Below the pieces are notes generated by a model. That model was not told the origin of the DNA. It worked only from the letters and a program-made list of their open reading frames with translations, and did no database searches. A program made the position numbers and the translations under genes. Positions 40,022 through 52,805 of a stretch of DNA of 64,000 nucleotides are shown here, in pieces. How positions within the stretch are numbered: the stretch's first letter is position 1; every line of letters begins with the position of its first letter. The stretch is from Lytechinus pictus (Eukaryota), in contig NC_087250.1 in assembly GCF_037042905.1 (NCBI RefSeq), forward strand, positions 8,620,001-8,684,000. Direction: 5' to 3'.

Positions 40022-42841
40022 AGGACAAGTCCACCCCAACAGTCAGACCGCAGGTCCCTATGCTAATGAGCAAAAAGGCCAGATTCATCCAAATCATCTC
40101 GTGGCTGAATCCTCCTCCTTCCAAAATCTCGTGATTCGTGAGATTTTCTTTCTCTAAGAATTTACCTGTTTTAACCTCAAGTTAAATGAAATATTATTAC
40201 ACCATCAGATAGAGTGAATGTTACTCTTTCATATTGGTCATTTATTTTGTATACAATATTTTGTTAAATAAGTAAATTTCTGGCCTGAAAATGTGCCTCA
40301 AAACTGAATTTTCTTCCTCTGTTTTCTTTTGCAAATTGTGCAAAACTTTTTATTTTGAGCCTCAATGATATCTATATCACCATAAAGCTGAACTTCTGCA
40401 CTTTCTCACAATGCCACTCTTGATATGCGGCACCTTTTAATTAGTCTACAACTGTAGACCCACATCTGCAGTGTGTGTATCACAGCTGATTCAAGGAGTC
40501 TGCATAGCAGACTAGGTCTACTATAAAACTAGAGCCTGCAGATCTGGCTCGCTTCGCTCGCCCTTTCAGGCTGGTTTGCTTCGCAAACCAGCTGCAGATC
40601 CCACTTCACGAGCCATTCAGAGTCTGCATAGCAGACTACCTTTTAATCGGGTCAAGATCACACTTTTCCCACCAAGGTACAAGACGAGATTTCTGAAATT
40701 TTGTACTTGCATGAAATCCAGAGTTCTGATTGGCTGGATAAGGTTCACAGAACAACAGGCGCGAGGTATTTGAGCCTTACCACATGGGAAGTGTGACCTT
40801 CCCACGAACCCAGGCACTGGAACCGTTGGAATTTGTCATTGTGTGGTCTTTTTGACCAATCAGAGTGCAGTATTTTTGTTTTCAAGCTGCTTTATGTACT
40901 TGGCAAATGAAAAGTGTGATCTTGACCCGATTAAACCAATTCTTGTTTTGAAACCTATATCATTTCAAAGCATACATATTCAGCTTTATCATGATATAAA
41001 AACCATTTGGGCTCAAACAAAAATAAAGTGTGAAAATGCAGCTTTTGTCAGGTGAAAATATTTATTTTGTAGCACATTTTAGATCAAAATTTTAACCTAT
41101 ATTACAAAATCTTTGAATAAATCCAAACACATGACCTGAAAGAATGATTCTTCTTCTTTACAATGGTACCAAATTCATGAAATTCGATGCACAATTAGAG
41201 CAGAAATGACCGAATGAAAAGAGATGTTTTGGTCCGCATCAAGCTCATTAAATATGCAAAACATCTCAAGTCATGAATATCACTTGGATGAAAGAAGCCA
41301 CTTTCTTGGGACCTGCAGTCTGACTGCCAACAAAAAGTTGATTTGAACAAAAAGAGAAAACCCCAAACAAGCATAACACTGGAAATTTCATCAAAATCGG
41401 ATTGAAAATAAGAAAGTTATGACATTTTAAAGTTTCGCTTAATTTCACACAACAGTTATATGCACATCCCGGTCGGTATGGAAATGGGGGAACTGATGAC
41501 ATCACCTACTATTTCTTTTGTATTTTAAAATATGAAATATCATTTTCTCCTCATTTTCCTTTAAGGACGTTCCACAGTTATATTTGTGCGCATTATGATC
41601 TGCGCATAGTTTACACTCTGCGCGCTGACGTCACAATGGATGAACAGGTATTAATTAGCTGCGGGTATGAGCTGATTTTTCTCGTCTTCTGCACTTTAAC
41701 TGCAGATCCGATGCGTTATTTCATGAAGCTAAAAAATTGAATTATTCCATGGACCATTCAAAAAAATATTCTCTACAATTTCAAAATACTTTACTCTGCA
41801 GTGCTGCCAAGAATCACGAATATTAGCCCGAGTTTGAATAAATGGTAGAGTGGTTTTGATTTTTTCTTCACATAGATACTAAGCATTCGGCCCATTTTTT
41901 GTGTTTTAAAAAGCACATTTGCTCTAATAAAAATGCTGATAGTTTAAAAACAAGCACATGAACCCCTATTTTTTTAATGTTTCTACCTCTTAGGTATACC
42001 TTCCTCTACAACTCTGCAAATTTTGGTGAAAATGACATGGATTTTGAATAAAGTGCAGCATTTATTGTACGTTTGTATTTTGTTACTGAAATTTTACATT
42101 TTTCAGATTGGGATTTTGTTATCTTTTACGCCATTTTTAAGAACTGACAGTGCTGTTAAACTTAAAATTGCAAACAAATAGCACTATTAATAGATTCACC
42201 ATTCTAACGATACAATTATTAACTCTCTTGCGAAATTTGATGACTTTTTCATGTATTTTGAATGAGTAATGGAGGTTTAAACTCATTGTAGTAATCTTGG
42301 GCGGTCTAAAAATGCCAAATTCTTTTGAATGCGCAATTCTTAAGAACATCAATTTGGGTGAACTTTGAAGCTCTATAGCAAAAAATCAAGCACATGGACC
42401 TATGTTAATTTTTGCATATTTCGAATATTAAGGTTCGAAAGTATCTATGTGCAAAGTTTGGTGAAAATGACATGGATTTCACTTTAACTGTGGAACGTCC
42501 TTAAAACAAAGTTTTATTTCTCCCTGAACATGTGGAATTACAATTGTGTAGCATTTTATGGTCCAGGGAAGTTGGTCCTTATCGTCAAATCTGTAAAATT
42601 GAAATATTGTTTAATTCAAACAATACAAAACAAAAGAAATAGTGAGCGAGGGACATCGATGATTCTCTCATTTGCACGTGACTAAATTGTGCATATAACT
42701 ATTTTATGAAAATTAAGCGAAACTTTAAAATATGTTATCTTTCTTATTTAACATCCGATTTTGATAAAATTTTCAGCATTGTGTTTATCTAATTTTTCTC
42801 AATTGATTCAAATCAACATTTTTCTAAGGTGGACTTGACCT
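40022..42841. mobile_element. Kolobok-type MITE hosting nested insertions 40040-41326, 40442-40638, 40647-40930 and 41565-42500
   Basis: Outer TTAA TSD and TIRs; inner TSDs CCAA, CCTTTTAAT and TTAA. Confidence 0.85.
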
Positions 42842-42896
42842 TTAATGGTGTCCTTTCACTAATAGGAGAGTCAGTAACCGTACGGCTTGTATTTAA

Positions 42897-43499
42897 AGGG
42901 ATGGTCCGGGTTGAAAATATTTATATCTAAATAAATATAGTAAAATTCAAAGAGCAAAATGCTGAAAATTTCATCAAAATCGAGTGACAAATAACGAAGT
43001 TATTGAATTTTAAAGTTTATCAATATTTTGTGAAAACAGTTATATGCACATCGTCATGATTATTCATTAGGTGGGCTGATGATGTCACATCCCCACTTTC
43101 CTTTTTCTTATATAATTACATGAAATCATAAATGTTTAATTTCTTCATACATGTGTAAATGATGTGTCTCCATTATGATGAAATAAGTTGCGGCACAAAA
43201 TAACTAATGCACTTAATCAGTTGTCAATCCATTTTTTTTTAGTTCTTGGTAGAACATTTTTGAATAAACCTAATTTCATATAATAAACTACAAAAGAACA
43301 AGTGGGGATATGATATCATCGGCTCACCTAATGAATATTCATAAATACATGCCTAGAACTGTTTCACCGGAATAAGCAAATTGTAAAATTGAATAACTTT
43401 TTTATTTGTTATCCGATTTTGATCGAATTTTCAGTATTCTGCTCTGTGAATTTTACTCTACTTATCGAGGTATAAATATTTCCAGCCTGGCCCATCCCT
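42897..43499. mobile_element. Kolobok-type MITE
   Basis: AGGGATGG..CCATCCCT TIR, TTAA/TCAA flanks. Confidence 0.82.
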
Positions 43500-44163
43500 T
43501 CAAGAGTCTCCACTGTATGTGGGCGTGGGTCTAGACTCTATGAAAACCATTGTGTAATAGCGAAATCATTCATGCAGTCTCCAAATGAATATCCATTGAT
43601 CAACGACCTCTCAATTCGTTCCATTGGAATTTTGATACACAAGGAGATAATCAAGGTACTTTCGTTTTTCTGATTTGGAAACGGAAAAAAGCAAAAACGA
43701 AGTATATTACTAAAACGTAAAAGCTGACTCTCATTTTGAGATTTTAAACTGTTTACCGTAAAGGTTTATTTGGAATTTTGGAAAATGACATTGGGTCAGA
43801 TACACAAAAAAAATAGCAGTTGCTGGCAAGCAATATCTAGCCATGAAGAACATCATGAATTAGCAATGGCTTTATTTCGTATGCATAACCCTTTGCTTGT
43901 GCTTAAACCATTTTCTTGCCTTGAGAAAGCAATTTCTAGCGGTTTGAACAATAGCGACGTCACACTGGTGTGAACACGACTTACACAGCAAAGGCGGAAT
44001 CGAATGCCAAAGAGTGTGGCAGTGCAAAATATCGCTTCTCTCCTGTAACATCTTTTCATTAGACGTGGTGTCAAACTATTCATTTAACATGTTTATGATA
44101 AATATATTTATAAAGTTGGCATCCAGTTTGCACTTATTAGGACGAAAACATGTACAAGCAGGC

Positions 44164-44339
44164 TACACTGTAAACAAACGAAGTGCTAATTTAGCACTTA
44201 CAGTGCTGTGCTTGTATAGTGACTGCACTACGAGTGCTGATTTTCTAGTTTAAATTTGAACTAGAAAATCAACTCTCGTAGTGCAGTCCCTATACAAGCA
44301 CTGTAAGTGCTAAATTTGCACTTCATTTGTTATAGTGTA
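44164..44339. mobile_element. TACACT..AGTGTA hairpin MITE
   Basis: Near-perfect fold-back over about 175 bp. Confidence 0.75.
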
Positions 44340-46372
44340 CTGTACACCTTGAGGTTCCCCAGGTAAATAAACATGATTTTAAGACGCGAACATCCTGATC
44401 AGCTTCGCTGACGGATCGAACTTGACAAGGGGGGGGGGGGGCACTTCCATTGACGAGTGAATACTATGCGTGACCATGGGGTTTCGAAAAGCAAGTATTT
44501 TTCATGTTCTGAAAATGCACCCCTTAAGGAGTATTGGCGTGGGAAACCATTCCCTTAATCCTTAAATGACTGGGCTATGTGAGATGTATTGAGGACTGGG
44601 GGGGGGGGGGGGGAGGGCATTTCCTGTAAAATCAGTTTTTTTTAAACAGCTAGTGCACTATATATAAGCATGGTGGAATATATTATTATCATTATTATTA
44701 TTATTATCATGATTATTAGTATTAGCATGTAGGTCTAACTGTTTTGTGAAATTATGAGAAATTCCAAAATATAACTTTCTTATTTCACATCCGATTATCA
44801 TCATTATTTTATTAAATTCTCAGCATTCTTCATTTCTTCAATTTTTTTTTATTCAAAGTAATTTTTTTGTAAGGGTTATCTTTAAGGGATACGGCGACCT
44901 TGCGTAAGAAAAGAAAGTAGTCTGGTAATTCTTTTGTATTCTTTGTTAACCTTCTTTTGCTCTTCTCTAAACCAGATTTTTCGCTCGAATGGTATCAGTA
45001 CTGTATATAAGCCCCATGCCTTCGTTATATTCGCCATTACGTTTTCAAATCAACGAGGAACATTTCGTTTTCACCACTCATATTTAGAATAAAACATATT
45101 TCATGATTGTGAGAAACCAATCTCTAACATGGGTTTATTAATGAAGGCACTCTATGAAATAAATAAACATTATTATCATCCAACATCATCGTCAGAGCTG
45201 CAAGCTGCCATCCTTCCAAAGTAATCCGGCAGCTTAAAAGTCATAAGTTTGTGATAAAAGTCACAATTCTATACTATAAATTTCTCAGAAGAGGTAATAG
45301 GTCTATACTAAACAGATGCAAAATGCTCATAAATGCCAAGTTTTGCCAACCTAATTACATAATGGTTGTCAGGTATATTCATCCAGGGTGCTACATTCTG
45401 TGAAGCACTAGCTTGCATAGTCAGGCAAGGCAAGTACATTTAACAACTGCGCAATGTATTAGTATTACTTTGTGTGTATTTAATGTCTTCATACCTATTC
45501 TACCTCAAAAGCAAAATAGTGACTATCAAAGCATAATGGCATAATTTGGCATGAAAATCCTTTAAAAATGTGACTAATATGGTTGGCAGCTCTGTGTTAA
45601 TTGTCAAGAAGCGGAGAGCTGCGCGTGCGCGGTCGTGAAGATGAGGAGACGAGATGATGAGAGCTGATGTAGAAGGACCTCCATCCATATCTACAGACTA
45701 CAGAGAGACCGGCAATGTTTCTTTCTTACCTCGATACAAAACTCATTACTTACCTTCAGCAATCAACACAATCAAAGCAAAGTTCTCTTCATTCAGCTAG
45801 AACAGCAAACAGTATCCTTCCAATGAAAAAGAATGTATCCCAATGTATCCCATTCACACAAAAATCCTTTTGTACGATTCCCACTTGATAAAGGCACAAT
45901 GGATTCGACTTCTCTGCAAATCGTACAGCATGTACTTTTGTGACAATGCTCCGTGATTGTATGCAGAGTCAACTGTGTCCGTGGCACTTCATCACCTTTC
46001 TACGTGGTTATGTAATCCCACGCTCTTGCGGAAACATTCCCCTTATATCGTAGTCTGCTGGGCATACCTTAATTCACTCGAGTTAAGGGTCTGAATGTGC
46101 AGCCTACTCATACCTTGTGTATACTGAAGGCCCTCTCATTCAAGGTCTGCTTCACCTGTCTTGGAACAGCAAGATTTGTATGTGCTAGTCTTTGCGTGGA
46201 GGCACACTTGTCGATCAAAGTTCCAATCAGGGTCTACGCCCGCAGACTACTTATACAGCTACATGCCCTTCTTTGACCAGAGACGTGCGCGGGAGGGAGA
46301 CTTCTCTGCTTTGACTGTTTGACATATATAATGATGTGAGATAATGAATGCATTGTTACATCAGCTATAATA

Positions 46373-47118
46373 GGGCCCCGTCCTACAAAGAGTCACAATT
46401 GATCCGATCAATCTCAACTGTATGGAAATCCATCCATACCTTATTTTTTTCTACAGGAACTTTGGACAATCTCCTTGGAAAAAAAATGAGAATCACAACG
46501 AATCTTCAGGAGAATGGTAAATTTATGAATATACATCATATCTAGAAAATATTTTGAAAATTGTCCCGGGGGGGGGGGGGGGGCAGTCAAATGTATTGCT
46601 GTACACACGCGTGGCCAAATTATTTCCAAACACCCCCTAAACGAGTTTTTCTAATTTGTGTGCAAATAACCTCCGAAACAAGTTTTTCGCGGGATTTAAT
46701 TATTTGCACATTTTGGCCCCTTAACAAGTTGTCGCCAGAATATGACCCCCGGGGAGAAAGTTTTGGGAAAAAACATACCCTAAACACGTTTGACCAGTCT
46801 TTAAAAAAGAGCTTTCGAAAAAACATACCCTAAATACGATAACTGCGATTGACCATTAACCAGTCTCTCAAAACTACCGGTTTTTTTTTGGAAATCGGTT
46901 TTTTTTTATACCCTTAACTAGTGCACGCGCGGCCCGCGTCCAAAACTGAAAAACACACCCCTTTAAACGCGTTTTTGGGGTCACGCGTGTGTACAGCAAT
47001 ATATTTGACTGCCCCCCCCCCCCCCCCGGGACAATTTTGCAGATTAGATGTTGAAGTTGCTGGCCGTCCATAGTTGTGATTGATCGGATCAATCGTAACT
47101 CTTTGTAAGACGGGGCCC
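46373..47118. mobile_element. GGGCCCCGTC-ended MITE containing nested MITE 46565-47030
   Basis: Two concentric TIR pairs. Confidence 0.78.
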
Positions 47119-47928
47119 CAGGAAGAGGGTGGTTACATAATGAATACGTCCATCGTCAAATCATGATTGTTTCCGGGACAAATTTTGATTTTCTCTGGAA
47201 CGAGATACACTTGGTCACTGCACTATTATTATTATCCGTGAACAAAGTTGCTTGGCCAAGCAGCATTCGATCGGTTTTTCAAAGTGTTATGTATTTTTTG
47301 CAGGCCTTTATTGAAGGGATGCTCCGGGCTGAAAATATTTAAATCTAGATAAACAGAGTAAAATTCACAGAGCAAAATTCTGAAAATATCATCAAAATCG
47401 GATAACAAATAACAAAGTTATTGAATTTTAAAGATTTGCATTATTCCGGTGAAACAGTTCTAGGCATGTCTTCATGAAATTTAATTAGGTGGGCTGATGA
47501 TGTCACTTCCCCAACTTTCCTTTTTCTTATGCTATAACATGAAATTATAATTGTTTCATTTTTTTGTATAAATGTGTAATGATGTGTTTCCATTATTATG
47601 AAAAAAAGTTGCAGCGATAAAATTAATGCACTTAATCAGTTATCAATCCAATTGATTAAGTTCTTGGAAAAAGTTTTTGAGTAAACCTAATTTCATATAA
47701 TAAATTAAAAAAGAACAAGTGGGGATATGACATCATCAGCCCACCTAATGAATATACATGAAGACGGGGACATCCCGATAGACCGCGGGTCCGTTAGACC
47801 GCGGGTCCGATAGTCCGCGGGTCCGATAGACCGCGGGTCCGATAGTCCGCAGTGTGTGTAAAATTATGATCAGATATATCAAATGTCATCGAGAGGTCCA
47901 AAGGTCAAATGAGACCATGGACTTCTAT

Positions 47929-48308
47929 CAGGTGCGGATCCATGGGGGGGGGGCCGAGGGGGAACTGCCTCACCCCCCACCCCCAGCTCAAAAAAAGAGG
48001 GGGAAGAGGGGAAAAGGAGAGAATAAAAAAGAAAGAGCAAGATGGGAAAAGAACAGAATAGAAAAGAGAGAAAGAAGGAGAAAGGAAGAGAAGAAAAAAA
48101 GAGAAGAAAAGGGGAAAGGAAAGACAAAGAAAATGGGAGAAGAAGAGAAAAAAGAGAGGAGAGAAAAGGAAGAGAAGAAAAGAAAGGAGAAAGGAAAAGG
48201 AGGAAAAAGAAGAAGAAAAAAAGAGGAAGGAAGAGAAGAATGTTTAAATAGAGGAAGATGGGAAGAAAGATATTAAATAAGAGAGAGAGGAAGAGGGGAA
48301 AAGAAGAG

Positions 48309-48346
<38 letters not shown>

Positions 48347-51300
48347 GGGGGGAGAAGAAAAAAAATGATTAAAAGAAAAAAAGGGGGAAAGGAAAGAAAA
48401 AGAAAAAGGGAGAAGTAAAGGGGGAAAGAGAAAAAACGTGGAAGAGGGAAAAGAAAGAAAAGAAAAGAACGGAGTAAGGAAAAGGGGGAAAAGAAGAAGA
48501 AAAAAAGAGGAAGGAAGATAATAATATTTAAAGAGAGAGGAAGATGGGAAAAGAGAAGAAAAGAAGAGAGAGTAAGGGGGGAGGAAGAGAAGAAAAACGA
48601 GAAAAGAGAGAGGAAAAGAGAAGACAGAAAAAAGAGAAGAAAAGGGGGAAAGGAAGACAAGAAATGAGAGAAGAAAAGGGGAATACAAAGAGAAGAAAAA
48701 AAGAGAGAGAGAGGAGGAAAAGAAGAGAAGAAGAAAAGGGGAGAGGAAGAAGGGGAAAGAAAGAGAGAAAGGAAGGAATGGGAATAAGGATAAGAGAAAG
48801 AAAAAAAAAGAAAGAAAAGGAGATGGGAAACGGAAGAGGGAGATGTTGACCTGGACGTTGATTTGATGGCGCCAAAATGACGTTCGAACTATGGGGACCC
48901 GAACTGATGTTTGAACTGGGAGGGGGGCGCCAAATTGATGTTCGAACTAGGGGAGCGCTAATTTGAATTTTGACCATAATGCGACAAATACATGTTTCAG
49001 AGAGGGGGAGGGAGGGCAAAGTTATATTTCACACGGGGGCGCCAAGTTTATGTTCAACCGAGGGCGCCAAATTGACCTTGAACTTAGGGGACTTCATGCA
49101 AATTCATTTTCGACCGGGGGCGCAACATTGCTCGTATTTCCTGTTTATAGTGAAATATATGTCCTGCCCAAAAAACTTAAATTAATGCGGCTGAATTAAA
49201 ATATCCCGTTTTTACGATAACAGACAAAAACAATGTTTTCGAGTTTTAAGTCTGTTTAGCGAGATAGATACCCTGTTCAGGGTCACATAAAAGGGTTATT
49301 ATCGAATTCAGCTCGCGCTACGCGCTCGCAATATTTGATTAATGAGGTATGCATCATCTGCATCAATCCCACATGTAAGTGTTAGTGTTTTTCAAGTCAA
49401 CATACATAGGCCGATCCAGGGGGCAAAGATATTGCCCCCCCCCCCATGGTGGCGCAAAAAAGGGGTAAGAAACAGAAAAAAAGAAAGGAAAAAAGGACAA
49501 GCAATTAGAATAGGAATTATACCTTAGTCCTTCTTAAGTCAGTATATAAAAAAATTGAGCTCGCGCTTCGCGCTGGCATCAATAAATTGTTTAGTTATAT
49601 ACGCATCCCGACCTTACAGTTTTTTATGCGAACGAGAAGCACAAGCTGAAAATATTTGATATTCTAACCTGACAACTGAAAATGTATTTTTCATTTCATC
49701 ATTATAAAAGTTTTCAGCTAGCGCTTCGCGGTCGCATTCATTTCATAATAGATATGCATCGTGTTCATCATAACAACTACTATCATAGGCGGATCCAGGC
49801 GGCCCGAGGGCAACCTCCCCCCTATTGACAGAGCAAATAAATTGGGAAAAACGGGGAAAGAAAAAAGGGAGGAACGAAAGGAGAAAAAAGAAGACGAAAC
49901 ATAAAAGGAGGAAGACGAGTGAATGAAATAAGGTCAGGAGAAGACTTTGAAAACAATTTTTGAAAATATTTAATGTCACTATATTAAAGTTTCGCTCGCG
50001 CATCGCGCTCGCATTGCCTGTTCGATGTGTTACATATCTTGCTCAATATGCTGATATGTAGTTTGAAATATCAAGTTTTGATATAAATATACAAAACATA
50101 ATTCAGCTCGGACATCGATCTTTCATTATTTTGTTTTATTCACCAATTTATGTTTTTAAGTGCTCTGGAAAATGTCCGTTTTATGGTTTGAATCAACATT
50201 TACAACATTTTGTGCGCTCGCACTATTTGCCAAGTAGGCCTACCTATTGTCAGTTTGTATTTCCAAGAAGTTTCTATGACTGGAGTTCCAACAGGCAACA
50301 CATTTATTCAAGCAGCTGTTCATTTCTAAAGAAGCACAAAAGATAGAACGACAGTTAAGACCTTTTTGATGTCCGCCTTCGAAGCCGCCAGTTTCAGTGA
50401 AGAAATCCGAAGAGTGAATTTTACGAATATCCATTTGGATCAATTTTCCATCTTTCATATTAATAAACAAACAGAAATTTGTACGCATGACAAGACATCA
50501 ATAACCAAGCGCTATTACGCTGAGATATTTGCCCAGATTATATCAATTTACCTTTAATTAGTGGAAAAAGTAAGAATTTGACCTTTACTGAAACCAGATT
50601 TTAACACTTTTCCGATCGTTTGCGGCAAATAAAAATTTCAAATGTGGTCGATGGAATATTGCTATTCATTATTGTATATGCCAGATGAGTGCCCGCACAT
50701 GCCCAGTCGAGGAAATTTGAGTCATATTTCAGGACATATTGCATAGTTTTTTTTTCGCATGCCTCCGAATTATGTACTACACATATAACCAGACCAGATG
50801 CGGCGAAAAAGTAATTATCATCACAATTGCATATTTCCCTTTATAAATGGCCTATAGCTGCGGAGTCACGCGGGAATCATTTGTCTACACAATTGCAAGA
50901 GATGTCGAGCAAAGTGCATGCCTGACATACTTTCTGCTGGTGGCTTCAAAGCTTGTTCAAAGGGATTTTGTTTGCTGTTCCTCCATCTCATTTAAACCTC
51001 CTTGGTATTTCATATAAGATTCTCTAAATATACCTTTTCAGGTGTCTCGATTGTAAAAAATAATAATAAAGGCCTATGAGCTAGCGCTGTGCGCTCGCAT
51101 TTTGATTGGTGAGTTATGTATACTTATATTAATTCTATAACAAACTACTTAAATCCCCCATTAAAAAATTCCGGATCGCGATTTGCGATCGCATTATTTG
51201 CTAAAAATATATCAACCAATGAATCCTATTCATGATTACAAAAATACTTAAAATATCCAGTTTTCAGGCCTCATGCACTGTAAACAAATTTCACACACTC

Positions 51301-52805
51301 ATTAGGCTTAACAGATTAATAAATATGAAATAAAATTTGTATGAATTCATAATAACTTAATTGTCCCTTTTTCAGAAATAAATATCGATAAGTTTTAGGA
51401 AAAGAAATAGATGATAGTCATCATTCTTATATGATGACAAAATGTCCTTAGGCCTAAAATGTCTCGATCCTAGGTCAAAATAATAATAAAATATCAGCTC
51501 GCGCTTCGCGCTCGCATTATTTATATAGTGCTATCATATTTCCCTATATACACAGTGCTGTAAACAGTGCTCAAATTTACCCTTTTCATATCGGAATTTC
51601 AAATATTATTTTCAGCTCGGGCTCTGCGCTCGCATTATTGATTTTTATGATGAAAAATGAAATGTATTCAGATTGCGAGGATTCTGTCTAATTCTAAAAC
51701 ACGCGCACGCATGTTTTTTGAGATACAAAGCTTGATCTTAAACGTGCTAACATTATCCAGTTTCGGATCAGAATATCAAAAGATTTCTGCTCGCGCTTTG
51801 CGCTCGCATTATTATTGTAGGACGATGCCAAAAATTACCCATGCTTTTTCATGATTGACAAACATGAATCGAATGTCTCATTGGGGCATTTGTAATCTCA
51901 TCTTTTTAGGTAGGAATATCAAAAATGTTCAGCTCGCGCTTCGCGCTCGCATTATTTAATCGTTGAAATATGTATCGTCTTAATGGCTAACTGCAAAACA
52001 TCCTTAACAGGTCCCTTTTCGACTAGGCCACTGGGACAACCCCTTCAAAGAAACCAAAAAAAAAATCAACTTTGAGCGGCCGATCGGGGAAATTATTGGT
52101 GAAAAATGGTCCCTCCCCCTATTGGCGGAAGCTGGGTCCGCCCCTGACATAGGCTTTCAGGATATAATACATGATAAATCTATTTTAAAAAAAAACAGAT
52201 CGCGCTTCGCGTTCTCATTTTTTATTTAGGCCTTGTGAGATACCTCAATGTGTTTTTAAGAATGAAATATCAGATTTTCTTTGACGTCTACCCCCCCCCC
52301 CATTTCATTTATTTTTTTTAACTTGGTGCCCTCGCCACCCACCCCCCCCCCGTGCACCCATGCTGAATACATACGCCACTGATGAGGAGAATTAGTCGAT
52401 TGCTTCGAGATTGCATTATTCCCAAGAGGTTATCATTAATATTATTGAAGGGTATTCTAAACAACAGTACAGAAAATACAGCTCCCGTTCACAATATTCC
52501 AGTAGGGCCTATACTCTGGTTAGAAGTTAAACCAAATTGAACCTCCCCCCCAAAAAAATCGCTCGTACTTCGCGCTCCCATTGATATTACATTATATATT
52601 CATGGATTTTTTTTTCAAGAACACATGAAAAAGTGGTATTTTTTTTAAATGTGATTATAAGATAATTCAAAATCCATTTAAGGCACTTAAGTTAGCCTGG
52701 CCGGGAGGGAGTGGGCGCCATTTTTCGAAAAGTACACATGGGCGCCAAAAATCAGGCAAATTACCCCCCCCCCTCCCTCCCCACGAAATCCTGGATCCGC
52801 GCCTG
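47929..52805. mobile_element. hAT-like non-autonomous element with polypurine tract and GCTCGCGCTTCGCGCTCGC motifs
   Basis: CAGG(T/C)GCGGATCC TIR, 8-bp flanks ACTTCTAT / GGTTCTAT, splits the host arm. Confidence 0.7.
47990..48845 (+). repeat. About 850-bp polypurine (A/G) low-complexity tract
   Basis: Almost pure purine strand including (GA)n. Confidence 0.95.

Noticed and set aside
47854..49019. Long Lys/Glu/Arg- and Phe/Ser/Leu-rich ORFs (up to 269 aa)
   Set aside because: Low-complexity polypurine tract lacking stops by composition
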